A stretch of DNA of 25,964 nt from a virus. Its lineage: Duplodnaviria > Heunggongvirae > Uroviricota > Caudoviricetes. Within the stretch, counting starts at the first letter, position 1. Every line of letters begins with the position of its first letter. This document shows, piece by piece, positions 8,229-17,665 of this stretch. The position numbers and the translations under genes are program-made. The stretch is from IMG/VR virus record IMGVR_UViG_3300032327_001521; one strand, 5' to 3'. A model generated the notes under the pieces. It ran no database searches and was not told the origin of the DNA. It saw only the letters and a list, made by a program, of their open reading frames with translations.

Positions 8229-9110
8229 ATGAATAACTACGTCTACATAGAAAAGACCGATATCGGAGCAACCCTTACTACTTGGATCTATTGCGGATTC
8301 TGGCAAATGTGGTCTGCTGAAAAAATGGGATTAACACCATACATTAATTGGCCAAATGGATTTAACCCACCCCGTGCGCTAGAACCATATCATGATTTAG
8401 ATCAATTTTCAAAGGTCGAAAATATGTTTGATTGGTATTTTGAACAGCCCTTTGTAAATAATCCTCCACCTAGAGGAGAATGCCCGATTTGGACATGGGA
8501 AACTTGCGAAGAAGCTGGAAAATTCCCATTAATGAGCGAGCCTCTATCGGTAATCCGTGAGTATTATCAAAAGCACCTTAAGTTTAAGCCAGAAGTAAAT
8601 TCTCGCGGCCAGGCTCTAGTTGATAAGTATGGAATAGATTTTGAGAATACAATTGGCATAACATGGCGAGGCACTGATAACGTGACAGACGGCAGACCGC
8701 GCTTACCTATTGAGCTATACTATCCATTTATTGATGATATTCTTGCTGATAATCCAAACATGCGTATCATGTGCACAGCTGAAGAAACTGAGATTCTCAC
8801 CCCGCTTCTTAACCGTTATCCGCAAGCCTTTGTAATTGAGGAATTTTTCTCATCACCATTAGGTCATATGCATAATCCGGAGAGATTTAGTCCATTCTCC
8901 GGTTACGAAAGGGGTATGCAACCTGCGCTAATGGTTTGGTTATTCAGTAAATGCGCTCACTACATAAAAAACAGATCAAGTACTGGTGCAGTTGCTAGTT
9001 GGTTATCAACTGGTCGGATTGTATGCCTAGCTCACCCTGAAAATTTAGGTTATGAGCAATTACCTGATGAAGTTGAGATTGCGGGAAAAAGATACCCATT
9101 ATACCGGTAA
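8229..9110 (+). CDS. Putative fucosyltransferase-like GT-B enzyme (NodZ/GT23/GT11-like)
   Basis: NMFDWYFEQP; IGITWRGTD resembles the GxHxRGTD GDP-sugar motif; LFSKCAHYIKNRSS resembles the LSxCxxLIxxxS motif. Confidence 0.65.
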   Translation: MNNYVYIEKTDIGATLTTWIYCGFWQMWSAEKMGLTPYINWPNGFNPPRALEPYHDLDQFSKVENMFDWYFEQPFVNNPPPRGECPIWTWETCEEAGKFPLMSEPLSVIREYYQKHLKFKPEVNSRGQALVDKYGIDFENTIGITWRGTDNVTDGRPRLPIELYYPFIDDILADNPNMRIMCTAEETEILTPLLNRYPQAFVIEEFFSSPLGHMHNPERFSPFSGYERGMQPALMVWLFSKCAHYIKNRSSTGAVASWLSTGRIVCLAHPENLGYEQLPDEVEIAGKRYPLYR

Positions 9111-9136
9111 TACTTTTACAAAATAAAAATTAAGAT

Positions 9137-9706
9137 ATGGAAACTTTACAAAGAATCTATGATAAACATATTGGACCAGGAGGATTTCCAGATAAGGGTA
9201 CAGTTCATTCGTATATTGAAGAATATTCAGCCCGACTTGAACCATACCGCTTTACAGCAAAGGCTGTTCTTGAGATTGGTATATTTAGTGGAGAATCGCT
9301 AAGAATGTGGGAAGAATATTTTGAAAATGCAGAAGTTCATGGAATCGACTGCTCTGATCAGCCGCATGGCGGAATGGTTGACCTACGGCCAATGATCGCT
9401 GAAGGCACTCATAATATTTCAATAATTGACGCAACCGATTTATCTCAAGTCAAAAAGACCTTTACCGGAAAAAAGTTTGATGTTATAATTGAGGATGCAA
9501 GTCACCAATTGGCTCATCAGCTTGGAATCTATCAAATTTTTAAGAACTATCTAAACGACGGCGGTATCTACATAATTGAGGACGTCGATAAGCTCGATGA
9601 AGTTAGACATCTATTTGAGAACCTTGATCCAAGTAAAAAGATTGAAATCCTCGATCGCCGTTCAATAAAGGGCAGATTCGATGATGTCCTAGTAGTCATA
9701 TCCTAA
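9137..9706 (+). CDS. Class I SAM-dependent methyltransferase, probably sugar O-methyltransferase
   Basis: DKGTVHSY, VLEIGIFSGESLRMWEEYFENAEVHGID, FDVIIEDASH, LNDGGIYIIEDV. Confidence 0.88.
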   Translation: METLQRIYDKHIGPGGFPDKGTVHSYIEEYSARLEPYRFTAKAVLEIGIFSGESLRMWEEYFENAEVHGIDCSDQPHGGMVDLRPMIAEGTHNISIIDATDLSQVKKTFTGKKFDVIIEDASHQLAHQLGIYQIFKNYLNDGGIYIIEDVDKLDEVRHLFENLDPSKKIEILDRRSIKGRFDDVLVVIS

Positions 9707-9713
9707 AACTCTT

Positions 9714-10544
9714 ATGAAACTTGCAGCTGGATACGTAGTCTTCGATGGGTTGGAAACCCTAGAGGCATCAATTAGGTCAATTAGGTCAAATGTTGACCTT
9801 GTAATAGTATCATACCAAACAATATCATGGGCCGGCACAGAGCCAACCGGCAATTTAGTGCCAACTCTGCATGCTCTTAGGAAAAAAGGGCTAATTGATC
9901 ACATAATGGAATTCACTAAATTCATACCGACTACTCTGGCTTCACCAGAATCGGTTATGATGGCCAAGCAATTTGAGCTCAATAAGCGACAAAGTTGTCT
10001 AGACTTGGCTAAACAGCTTGGAGCAACTCACTATATGTCAATAGATGCAGACGAGTTCTATCGTGAATCTGAATTTGCATGGGCCAAGCAAGAAATTGAA
10101 GAGCATGGACTTGATGCCACTGCTCTGCACTATATTAACTATGTGACACCTTCACTGCACCGTGGCCATTCTAGATGGAAGATTCCATTCATTTATCGAG
10201 TCACACCAAACTGCCGACACTATGCAGCTCAACATATATTTACAGGAGTTGATCCAACCAGAGGCCTAACAGATGAGTCATATCACAAGACCAGAATATT
10301 TGAGAGAGACCGCCTCTCAATGCATCACATGGAAATGGTAAGAAAGGACCTGACCAGCAAATACCGGGCTTCAAGTCGATACTTTCTAGATCGCGAACGT
10401 GTTACTGATATAGCACGTGATGTTGAAACATCAATTAATACTGGTGTACTTGAGTTTAATGGACTACACCTTGGCGATAGCGATAAACCTAATGAACCAG
10501 TCAAGTTAATTCGTTGTTCAAACGAATTTGGGATTAAGTTTTAG
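9714..10544 (+). CDS. GT2-like glycosyltransferase
   Basis: VFDGLETLEASIRSIR, KRQSCL, HYMSIDADEFY (DxD motif), MHHMEMVRKD. Confidence 0.8.
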   Translation: MKLAAGYVVFDGLETLEASIRSIRSNVDLVIVSYQTISWAGTEPTGNLVPTLHALRKKGLIDHIMEFTKFIPTTLASPESVMMAKQFELNKRQSCLDLAKQLGATHYMSIDADEFYRESEFAWAKQEIEEHGLDATALHYINYVTPSLHRGHSRWKIPFIYRVTPNCRHYAAQHIFTGVDPTRGLTDESYHKTRIFERDRLSMHHMEMVRKDLTSKYRASSRYFLDRERVTDIARDVETSINTGVLEFNGLHLGDSDKPNEPVKLIRCSNEFGIKF

Positions 10545-11344
10545 AATTTACCAATTGTAACTGATCTGGACAATACCATTGGCTTAGCAGCCTCAACTGC
10601 CTGGGCAATAGCACCAGCAGTTGACGGTATTTTAGCATCAATTGCAGTTGCCAAGATCTTAAGAATTGCAAATAAGGGCTCGCCTAGCACTGCCGAGTTT
10701 TGCACAGGGCTTGCTCCAACCAGTGTATTATTGCCCTTAATATGAACTGTCTTTGCAGTAATTGTTGCTTTTGAGCCGGTTGTTACCTGCACCTCTGAGT
10801 CAGAGACAATTCTGATAACATTGCCTTCAAGCGCAATAGCTGATAGGTTATCTTTGTGCTCAATAAGCACATTTGAGGTTGCATTATCGATACGAATGAA
10901 CGACTTTTTGAGCTCCATTTGTAAGCCGATTTGCCTATCAAACCAGAATTTAATCTCCTCATCTCCATCAAATAGTATAAAATGAGCACCCGCGTATTTT
11001 TTACCACCTTTTCTAAGCTCTTGTTTAATATCATCACCTATCTCCTGAACCTGTGAGTATTCTGGAGCATAGATATCACCGTTACTAAACTTGATCCGGA
11101 CTATTGCCCCGACCTTTGGGATAGAGATTGACCCAGCTCTGGCATCTTGACCAAAGAAAGTCGGCTTGCCATACGGTACTGCCCATGGCAAATCCTCAAC
11201 ATCAATATCATCAAATAGTGAGAAAACTCTCACTCTGCATCGACCCTCAAACAAAGGATCTGTAATATCTTCAACTCGTCCTATGTAGGACGCGGTAAAT
11301 TCTTCCTCGCCGGAATTTGGCTTAATGTGTTCGTTCCAGTTCAT
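10541..11344 (-). CDS. gp5: Baseplate central spike, T4 gp5/VgrG-like OB-fold plus short beta-helix, no lysozyme domain
   Basis: YIGRVEDITDPLFEGRCRVRVF...LPWA...SIPKVGAIVRIKFSNGD is the gp5 OB signature; beta-repeat stretch; AVLGE tail. Confidence 0.85.
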   Translation of the reverse strand: MNWNEHIKPNSGEEEFTASYIGRVEDITDPLFEGRCRVRVFSLFDDIDVEDLPWAVPYGKPTFFGQDARAGSISIPKVGAIVRIKFSNGDIYAPEYSQVQEIGDDIKQELRKGGKKYAGAHFILFDGDEEIKFWFDRQIGLQMELKKSFIRIDNATSNVLIEHKDNLSAIALEGNVIRIVSDSEVQVTTGSKATITAKTVHIKGNNTLVGASPVQNSAVLGEPLFAILKILATAIDAKIPSTAGAIAQAVEAAKPMVLSRSVTIGKF

Positions 11345-11376
11345 TATCTATGTTATACTATGCTTTATGATTTGGA

Positions 11377-12867
11377 TTATGGATATACATCTCCAATCTC
11401 ATTAACTGGCGGAGTAGGCTCAATTGGCGGATATAAGTCACCAATATTTGTAACTGGCGGAGCCGGCGTAATCGGAGGATATTGGTCACCAATGTTTGTA
11501 ACTGGCCGCGGCGGGCCAATTAGCGGATATAGATCTCCAAGCTCTCTAACTGGTCCTACTGGACCGGCTGTTGGATATATGTCCATCTCAGTTAAGTCAC
11601 CAGATTTGTCACTTAGTGCTTGTGCTCTAACCTCAGCCTGAGTGCTCCACCATGTCTTACCGCCATTTGTGACCCTGCTACCTGGATAGACTGGCGTGTT
11701 TGTTGAGTCAACGATTTTAGGTCCAACTGGTGCTTGCCTGCCGGTTATTGATGCTCCAAATTTGTTAATTGCATTGCTGATACCATTAAGACCGCCTGTA
11801 TCGTATGCATTACCGAGCGCAAAGCCAGTTAATTTACTTTGAATGCTGGCAGCAGCTGACCCAACTAATACATTTGGCAAATTTGATATTGCACTAATTG
11901 CATTACTTAGTCTATTACTAAGAGCATTAAATGCACCTGACAGTATTCCACTTTGCCTAATATCCTCAGTGTCTCCATCTAGTATCTCGTCCTGTATGAC
12001 CCAACCGACATTAACCTTGAAACTCGGGGTAAATGCCTTGTCTGGCGTTGATATTGTAAATTCGGTAGTAGAACCTGTGCCGGCTAGAAATTCTGAAAAG
12101 TCAAATTCGCACATTTTACACTTGAACCGAATCACCTTAAGTCCACTAGTCACACGACCTTGAGAATCCTTTTGAAATAGATCATTTTCATTATTTCCGC
12201 CAAATATCAATGATGCAATACTAAATCCTGAACCATGGTCAACTAGATTACGTGCCTCAATTAGATGGATATCCATATCAAACCATCTTAGGTTATCGGG
12301 TAGTCTGTATGAGAGTCTCTCACTATCATATACGGCATATCGATAGTTTTCAGCAATATCAGTTAACGGCTGTCTAATTGATTCAAGACAATTGAATGTT
12401 AGAGTTGCTTTCATATTACCCTCCTTTATGCGATGAGCCTGCTTCCATAGATCAGGAATTCCTTGTATTGACTGAAAATACCATGGAGAACTTTGAAGAG
12501 CCTGTAGTCCAGTAATCACTCTAAGCAGAGCTGTTGCTGGATGAGGCTGTCGGCTATTAAACATTGAATTGTATTTGGGTCCATAGTAGTCCCATAGCCA
12601 ATCGTATGCTGCATACTCAACAGTTGAGTTAGGATTTGTATTATCAAAGCTTGATCGAGTATGAATTGTATCGCTGGTAATTTCATCACCGGTTACAGCC
12701 GGTGCCACTAAAAGGTTATTATTAGTTAAACCATCGTATCTAGGAAATTCTTCTCTGATTGGAAAAAAATCCAGGTCAAATGTCAGAAATATTGGATCCT
12801 GCAGGTCAGCATGTGAAGACTTTATGAATAGGTCCGTTTTTGTTAGTTTTGAATTGCCGTATGCCAT
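11377..12867 (-). CDS. Putative baseplate/tail-tube-fold protein (gp54/gp19-like) with Pro-rich C-terminal repeats
   Basis: Lies between spike and hub; QDPIFLTF, PWYFQSIQGI, LTFNCLESI, LPDNLRWFDMDIHL, CEFD; fold call is inference from context. Confidence 0.5.
   Translation of the reverse strand: MAYGNSKLTKTDLFIKSSHADLQDPIFLTFDLDFFPIREEFPRYDGLTNNNLLVAPAVTGDEITSDTIHTRSSFDNTNPNSTVEYAAYDWLWDYYGPKYNSMFNSRQPHPATALLRVITGLQALQSSPWYFQSIQGIPDLWKQAHRIKEGNMKATLTFNCLESIRQPLTDIAENYRYAVYDSERLSYRLPDNLRWFDMDIHLIEARNLVDHGSGFSIASLIFGGNNENDLFQKDSQGRVTSGLKVIRFKCKMCEFDFSEFLAGTGSTTEFTISTPDKAFTPSFKVNVGWVIQDEILDGDTEDIRQSGILSGAFNALSNRLSNAISAISNLPNVLVGSAAASIQSKLTGFALGNAYDTGGLNGISNAINKFGASITGRQAPVGPKIVDSTNTPVYPGSRVTNGGKTWWSTQAEVRAQALSDKSGDLTEMDIYPTAGPVGPVRELGDLYPLIGPPRPVTNIGDQYPPITPAPPVTNIGDLYPPIEPTPPVNEIGDVYP
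11380..11586 (-). repeat. 4-5 tandem 16-aa (48-nt) Pro-rich repeats GD(L/Q/V)YP...PPV(T/N)xI
   Basis: TAACTGG recurs at 11403, 11451, 11499 and 11547; MDIYPTAGPVGPVREL / GDLYPLIGPPRPVTNI / GDQYPPITPAPPVTNI / GDLYPPIEPTPPVNEI / GDVYP. Confidence 0.93.
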
Positions 12868-12873
12868 GGTTAA

Positions 12874-14391
12874 TTATTGTTGATTTGTTGGGCTCTGTAG
12901 CAGCCAGTGTCTACGAGATAGAGTCATCTCAGTATGAAATTTTCCCTGGTTATAAATGTACTTTATGGCAGACACATAATAAAAACCACTTAATGCTTTA
13001 TCTAGAACTTGACCGAGTGCCGAATCAATATTTTCAGGATTTTCTTTATCTATTGAATCTGGTACTTTGTCTAAATCTTCAATCTTAGCTCTTGCAGCTG
13101 CCGCATTTGAAGCAGAATACTTTTCTAAAAAGAGGGCAACTGCAACCCGAGATCCACGTAAAACATTTATGTTAAAACCAGGCAGGGATATCTTGAGCTG
13201 GTTCTTTTTTGTCTCTAACAAATTATGATGATTTACTAGATTTGAAAATTTATATGCTGCATGTGCATTGCCGTAATCAATACCGCTCCATATACCAGTT
13301 GAAGACTGTGCACTACTGAAATCTGTTACTGTAGTAGTTTGCGGCCTGAGCCCATCATTTGCGATTGGTGTTATAATTGGCTCGGTAAAGTGATCAATAA
13401 AATTAACGGAATCAAGTTTAGCTGGATCTCTGTTTTGACCGTGGTCATACCAATAAGCATGCTTTCGTAAACCGTGATTAGCTAAGACTTCTCCATGGTG
13501 CCCAAATAATGAAAAGTCAGATATGTAGAACTCTGAGCCTTTGGTTGAAACATGGTTACTTAGCACAATATCAATCTCATCAGTTGACTCATTTACTCCA
13601 TTGTCACTGCCAAATCGACGCTTGTCTATCACAGTTTGAGTAAGAGCTAAAAATCCCTTATCTAATTCTGGATCCTGCGAAAACATCTTTTCAACATTTA
13701 TAAAATTTAGAATATAGTATCGATCAATAAAACAGTCAAAAAAGTTAGAATCATCACGGTAAGCCATTTTTTTAATGTGATGTATTAGTGACTTGTATGA
13801 ATAATTCGGCATAAGCCATGTCATTCGATCATTTGTATTGTCTGGCTGGTTGTCAGCAAATCCTAATTGTAGATCGTCTGCTACCCGCTTAAGAGCCTCA
13901 AGCGATGTCATCTGTTTAAATGACTTTGAAAAATTTCCATGTAATTTTGGCACATGAAGCTCGCCAACTAGCGTGTATACTGTTGCATTTGAGTTTGGGA
14001 TATTAACTGACGCAATTGAAGTTATTAAATAGTCAGCAGACAAGGACTTTAATGCCTGATTTTTTGATTTAACAAAAACACTGGCTAGGATATTCGCAAT
14101 TGGATATGCCCCTGCTCCAAAAACTGACTCTGTATCAGTAATTGTTATTGATATATGTGGCAATAGATCCTCTTGCCATACAGTCATTGACCGAATTGAT
14201 TCTTCTGGTATTCGGGCTCCGCCTATTATAACAATTGGTGTAACCTCTCCCTTTCTAGCAGCATAACCAGATTGTGATGAGTCCGGCGAAAATGCCAAGG
14301 TTTTAGAAACTCCAATCGGGCTATCGATATCAAGAACAGATATTCTAGTTGGAGTAATCTTTGGTGTGGACCGGATTAATATTCTATCCAT
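12874..14391 (-). CDS. Putative baseplate hub protein (T4 gp27/P2 gpD-like)
   Basis: TSLEALKRVADDLQLGFADN, DRMTW, FIDRYYILNFINV, LKISLPGFNINVLRG, LSGFYYVSAIKYIY...EMTLSRRHW (hub-type C-terminus); baseplate context. Confidence 0.68.
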   Translation of the reverse strand: MDRILIRSTPKITPTRISVLDIDSPIGVSKTLAFSPDSSQSGYAARKGEVTPIVIIGGARIPEESIRSMTVWQEDLLPHISITITDTESVFGAGAYPIANILASVFVKSKNQALKSLSADYLITSIASVNIPNSNATVYTLVGELHVPKLHGNFSKSFKQMTSLEALKRVADDLQLGFADNQPDNTNDRMTWLMPNYSYKSLIHHIKKMAYRDDSNFFDCFIDRYYILNFINVEKMFSQDPELDKGFLALTQTVIDKRRFGSDNGVNESTDEIDIVLSNHVSTKGSEFYISDFSLFGHHGEVLANHGLRKHAYWYDHGQNRDPAKLDSVNFIDHFTEPIITPIANDGLRPQTTTVTDFSSAQSSTGIWSGIDYGNAHAAYKFSNLVNHHNLLETKKNQLKISLPGFNINVLRGSRVAVALFLEKYSASNAAAARAKIEDLDKVPDSIDKENPENIDSALGQVLDKALSGFYYVSAIKYIYNQGKFHTEMTLSRRHWLLQSPTNQQ

Positions 14392-15008
14392 TATCCACCG
14401 ATTCTATTTTTAAGTAGAGTCTCTTTAAGCTTGGTCCTAGAAATTGGATCAGGGCAATCCTCCTTTTTAACATTTGTGACATCTGACCCAAATATAATTT
14501 GACCATTTGCAATCTTAACACCATTATCTAGTGCAACATTAGGCTGTACAGGTGGTGCACCAAGACCTCCTCCACCAAGACCTCCTCCACCAGCATTTGC
14601 CTTTTTAAGTAGGTAATCAATTCGTCGTTGATCTTTTTTGGATTTTGGTGCAAATACTACATTTGCTCTCTTTTTTCTTGATGCCCCTAGCTCTGCTAGA
14701 TTAGGCTGTGCTCCAAACTTGTTTAGAATATCCGAATCAGGAATCCTAAAGATATCATTTATGTCTATCGCAAATGGATTAGAATACCCATTATACTTTA
14801 GTAGAAGATCAAGATAATTTGAACTACCATAGAAATAGTTTGAGATAAGATCCGGTCGCATAACAGTTTCTTCATTTACTCTATAATATTGACCGACCGC
14901 TGCCTTGATATTTAGGAAAGACACAGCTCGCCTAATTAAATCAAGTACAACATCTCCATTTGGTTTTGTGAATGTTAATTTATTTGCTAATGTCCGTAAT
15001 TGTATCAT
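14391..15008 (-). CDS. gp53: Baseplate wedge protein, T4 gp53-like (LysM-like)
   Basis: RPDLISNYFYGSSNYLDLLLKYNGYSNPFAI...IFRIP gp53 signature. Confidence 0.82.
   Translation of the reverse strand: MIQLRTLANKLTFTKPNGDVVLDLIRRAVSFLNIKAAVGQYYRVNEETVMRPDLISNYFYGSSNYLDLLLKYNGYSNPFAIDINDIFRIPDSDILNKFGAQPNLAELGASRKKRANVVFAPKSKKDQRRIDYLLKKANAGGGGLGGGGLGAPPVQPNVALDNGVKIANGQIIFGSDVTNVKKEDCPDPISRTKLKETLLKNRIGG
14558..14592 (+). repeat. 15-bp tandem duplication encoding GGGGL x2 in the gp53-like linker
   Basis: CACCAAGACCTCCTC repeated twice plus CACCA. Confidence 0.9.
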
Positions 15009-15017
15009 ACTATCAAA

Positions 15018-17030
15018 TTATGTTTTATCCTGACCTCTATCAAAGTACAGCCATAATAAGGAATCATCAAATGGCCTACTTGTATCTCTAGCAGTTGCCT
15101 GTGAATCACCATACTTATAAGCTTTTCTTATCCTATTTCTATAGTTGATAAACGTTGCCTTATCTTCGGTATTTTGAGATTTTTCAATCTCAGCAATGGT
15201 TTCTGGAGTTATTCCCTTCTGTAGACTAGACCAGGCAGTATTATTTGTAGTATCAAAGGTATCATTAGCAGAAGATGGATTTCTGATCTTAGACCTCATC
15301 ATTTTACTCTCGCCTAGGTTAAACATTCTTTCGATTGCAACTTTATCACGAGGTTTACCCTGTTGCAAGCTAACCGTAAATGTTACACCGGTTGGGAAAT
15401 CGTCAGGTCCCATTTCCTCATCAAATTTCATTGTGCAACCTGAGCAAACCAGGTCTCCCATCACCATTATTGGATTTAGTGGATTTCCGACTACTAGGTG
15501 CCATTCGCCAATTGGCCTATCCGATAGAGCTGATCTCATTGATATAAAATCTGGGATGGCATTAGCCAATAGGGTCATAGCCTCAGCCTGAAGAAGCTTT
15601 AGCCCAACGTCTTTGGCCTCTTGCGTATTGCCTTTTGATGCTTCCTTGGCTATTCGAATACCCTCATTAGTTGCAGCTTGTATTGTATTTAGTAACTTTT
15701 GTACTAGCCCAAACATTTGCGTGCTATTGCTTGTTGCAAAAGATGTTGCAAATTGCGTAAGCAGATTACCGATTTGTTCGTTAACCGTAGGCTCAAATTT
15801 TAGTCCAGGCTTTGCAAAATACCTAGATAATTGTCCTAAAAATGGTGCATCATTATATGTGAGATTTAAAAAGCTTGAGATTAAGTCTAGTGCTACAATC
15901 TTTGGGCTAAGCCCATTAAATGATCTAAATGAATAGTGAAAATTAAGAGTAAATGGTGTATTCCAGCCATCTTGCATACCCCGTTCACGTCTAGTTGACT
16001 CATGTATTACGTTGACCGGCCCATATACTCTATTCCAAAATGGACCATTTGGCTCATATAGTTTTTTAAGATAGTCTTGCATTTTTCCCTCTATGCCTGT
16101 AATCTGCTGCAAATTTGCATCATTTGCGGTCAAGGCAGCATTTAGAACACCCAATTGATTGGCTAAGCCTTTAAACTTATCACCAGCTCCATTAAATACT
16201 TTTAATAGGTCACTAATTAGCACTTCGTTACCTCTTATCTCTTGGTATTTAACAGGCAAAGTTGTCCATTTAAGATTCCATTTCATTACACCAATATTTG
16301 CTAGTGCATTTTGAGTATCTCCACCCCACCAAGTAACAGCTTGTGCAATTGGAATTGGCTGATTTTTACCATCTACTGCTAATCTGTCGTCTACTGGAAA
16401 TGGATACCGACGTAGGGTTATTAAACGATTGTTTGGAATTTTACCGTAGTTTTTACAAAACATAAAGTCAGTCATTGCATACGGCTGAAAACCAACGCTG
16501 GTTAGAGTAGATTCGGTGCTTGCCCAATTGATAATATTAGAGGCAGTTGGATTAGCTAGAGTTGACTGATTCTTAATTGCCCAAGCTGCTGCATTTTTAC
16601 GAGCTGCTTCAATTCTTTCTCTAGCCTCTAGTACTGCAGCATTAGATGCAGCATACTCTTTCCGGGCTGTTTTTGAACCAGCCTTTCCTTTACCGTTTCC
16701 AATTAGATCATTAGCTTTCTCTTTTCGAGAACTTTCTTCTCTTTGTAGTGCTTGTGCATCTGCATCATTGGCTTCAGTAAGCCCATCATATCGATCTTTT
16801 ACACTATATCCAATAAAATGCTGGCCTGGTTCATATCTTGCACCTGACACAAATTTTGAGTATGTGAAAGTTGAAAACTTATTAAAGATTGAATCAGGTA
16901 CATTCTGTATAAATCCGCCACCGTATGGCTTGGCTATACCTAACTCAGTAATCTTGGACTTCGATAAGTCTTCTAAGTAGTTGGTACCCGAAAAAAAATG
17001 TTCAACTGATAACCTATTGCCTACCGCCAT
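15018..17030 (-). CDS. Putative baseplate/tail-tube initiator protein (gp48-like)
   Basis: DFMFCKNYGKIPNNRLITLRRYPFP, YGPVNVI, FHYSFRS, WHLVVGNPLNPIMVMGDLV...GPDDFPT...PRDK; first gene of the baseplate operon; function inferred from context. Confidence 0.5.
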   Translation of the reverse strand: MAVGNRLSVEHFFSGTNYLEDLSKSKITELGIAKPYGGGFIQNVPDSIFNKFSTFTYSKFVSGARYEPGQHFIGYSVKDRYDGLTEANDADAQALQREESSRKEKANDLIGNGKGKAGSKTARKEYAASNAAVLEARERIEAARKNAAAWAIKNQSTLANPTASNIINWASTESTLTSVGFQPYAMTDFMFCKNYGKIPNNRLITLRRYPFPVDDRLAVDGKNQPIPIAQAVTWWGGDTQNALANIGVMKWNLKWTTLPVKYQEIRGNEVLISDLLKVFNGAGDKFKGLANQLGVLNAALTANDANLQQITGIEGKMQDYLKKLYEPNGPFWNRVYGPVNVIHESTRRERGMQDGWNTPFTLNFHYSFRSFNGLSPKIVALDLISSFLNLTYNDAPFLGQLSRYFAKPGLKFEPTVNEQIGNLLTQFATSFATSNSTQMFGLVQKLLNTIQAATNEGIRIAKEASKGNTQEAKDVGLKLLQAEAMTLLANAIPDFISMRSALSDRPIGEWHLVVGNPLNPIMVMGDLVCSGCTMKFDEEMGPDDFPTGVTFTVSLQQGKPRDKVAIERMFNLGESKMMRSKIRNPSSANDTFDTTNNTAWSSLQKGITPETIAEIEKSQNTEDKATFINYRNRIRKAYKYGDSQATARDTSRPFDDSLLWLYFDRGQDKT

Positions 17031-17051
17031 ATTGGTTTACTGTAATTTTAG

Positions 17052-17060
17052 GTTATTTAT
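17052..17060 (-). promoter_or_regulatory. Putative late promoter ATAAATAAC for baseplate operon
   Basis: Intergenic, 22 nt upstream of ATG 17030. Confidence 0.65.
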
Positions 17061-17194
17061 TAGCGAGCCACTCATGTGATACCCAAATCGCCTCAACTTC
17101 TAATGATGAGACATGTGACACAGGATGTGACCTAACCCGGAAATGAATTAGCTATTGATTGACCTCTTTAAAATCAGCCAGGTGATCTGAGTAA

Positions 17195-17653
17195 TTAACT
17201 AAAGGGATCGAGTGATGGATTTGGAATAGCTTTCCATATCTTCTCGGAATTTGTACCCTGACCTCTAGCTATCTGTACCTCTTCAGCATAGTCTTTTATT
17301 GCAATAAGAGACTCTACGTACTCACCATCAGCTAGCAATTCTTCAACCATATTGGCCAAATCATCTGACATCTTAACTCTATACACAACTGGATGGCGCT
17401 GCGAATTAAATTTACAGCGCATCATCATCATACCCAGGTTACCACCATATGCCTTCTTTTCAGGCTCAGCCTCTCCGCCCTGATCGCTCAAGCCAAGTGA
17501 CTTAAGCTTGTCCATATTATCCGCCCTTGATAGATCAGGCTCTTTTATGAAAGACTCTACACCATGGCAGTCTGCAATACCGTAATACCAAGAGGACTCT
17601 CCTCTGCTACGGCTTTCATTAAAAGTTTCAAATGATGATATGTGATTCTTCAT
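17195..17653 (-). CDS. Hypothetical protein, probable internal head protein
   Basis: N-terminus MKNHISSFETFNE resembles the T4 capsid-targeting sequence MKTYQEFIAE. Confidence 0.7.
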   Translation of the reverse strand: MKNHISSFETFNESRSRGESSWYYGIADCHGVESFIKEPDLSRADNMDKLKSLGLSDQGGEAEPEKKAYGGNLGMMMMRCKFNSQRHPVVYRVKMSDDLANMVEELLADGEYVESLIAIKDYAEEVQIARGQGTNSEKIWKAIPNPSLDPFS

Positions 17654-17665
17654 CTCTAGTATAAT

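Noticed and set aside
9767-9790. 9-bp tandem repeat TCAATTAGG in the GT2 gene
   Set aside because: In-frame, only about 2.5 copies (SIRSIRS); no evidence for phase variation
11380-11586. Regularly spaced DNA repeats as a CRISPR array
   Set aside because: Period is a multiple of 3, the repeats are degenerate and in-frame within a CDS, and there are no unique spacers; the same applies to 2495-2947
17103-17190. C/D-box-like pair ATGATGA ... CTGA on the + strand
   Set aside because: Short motifs that can arise by chance, no clear terminal stem, and bacterial hosts lack C/D machinery
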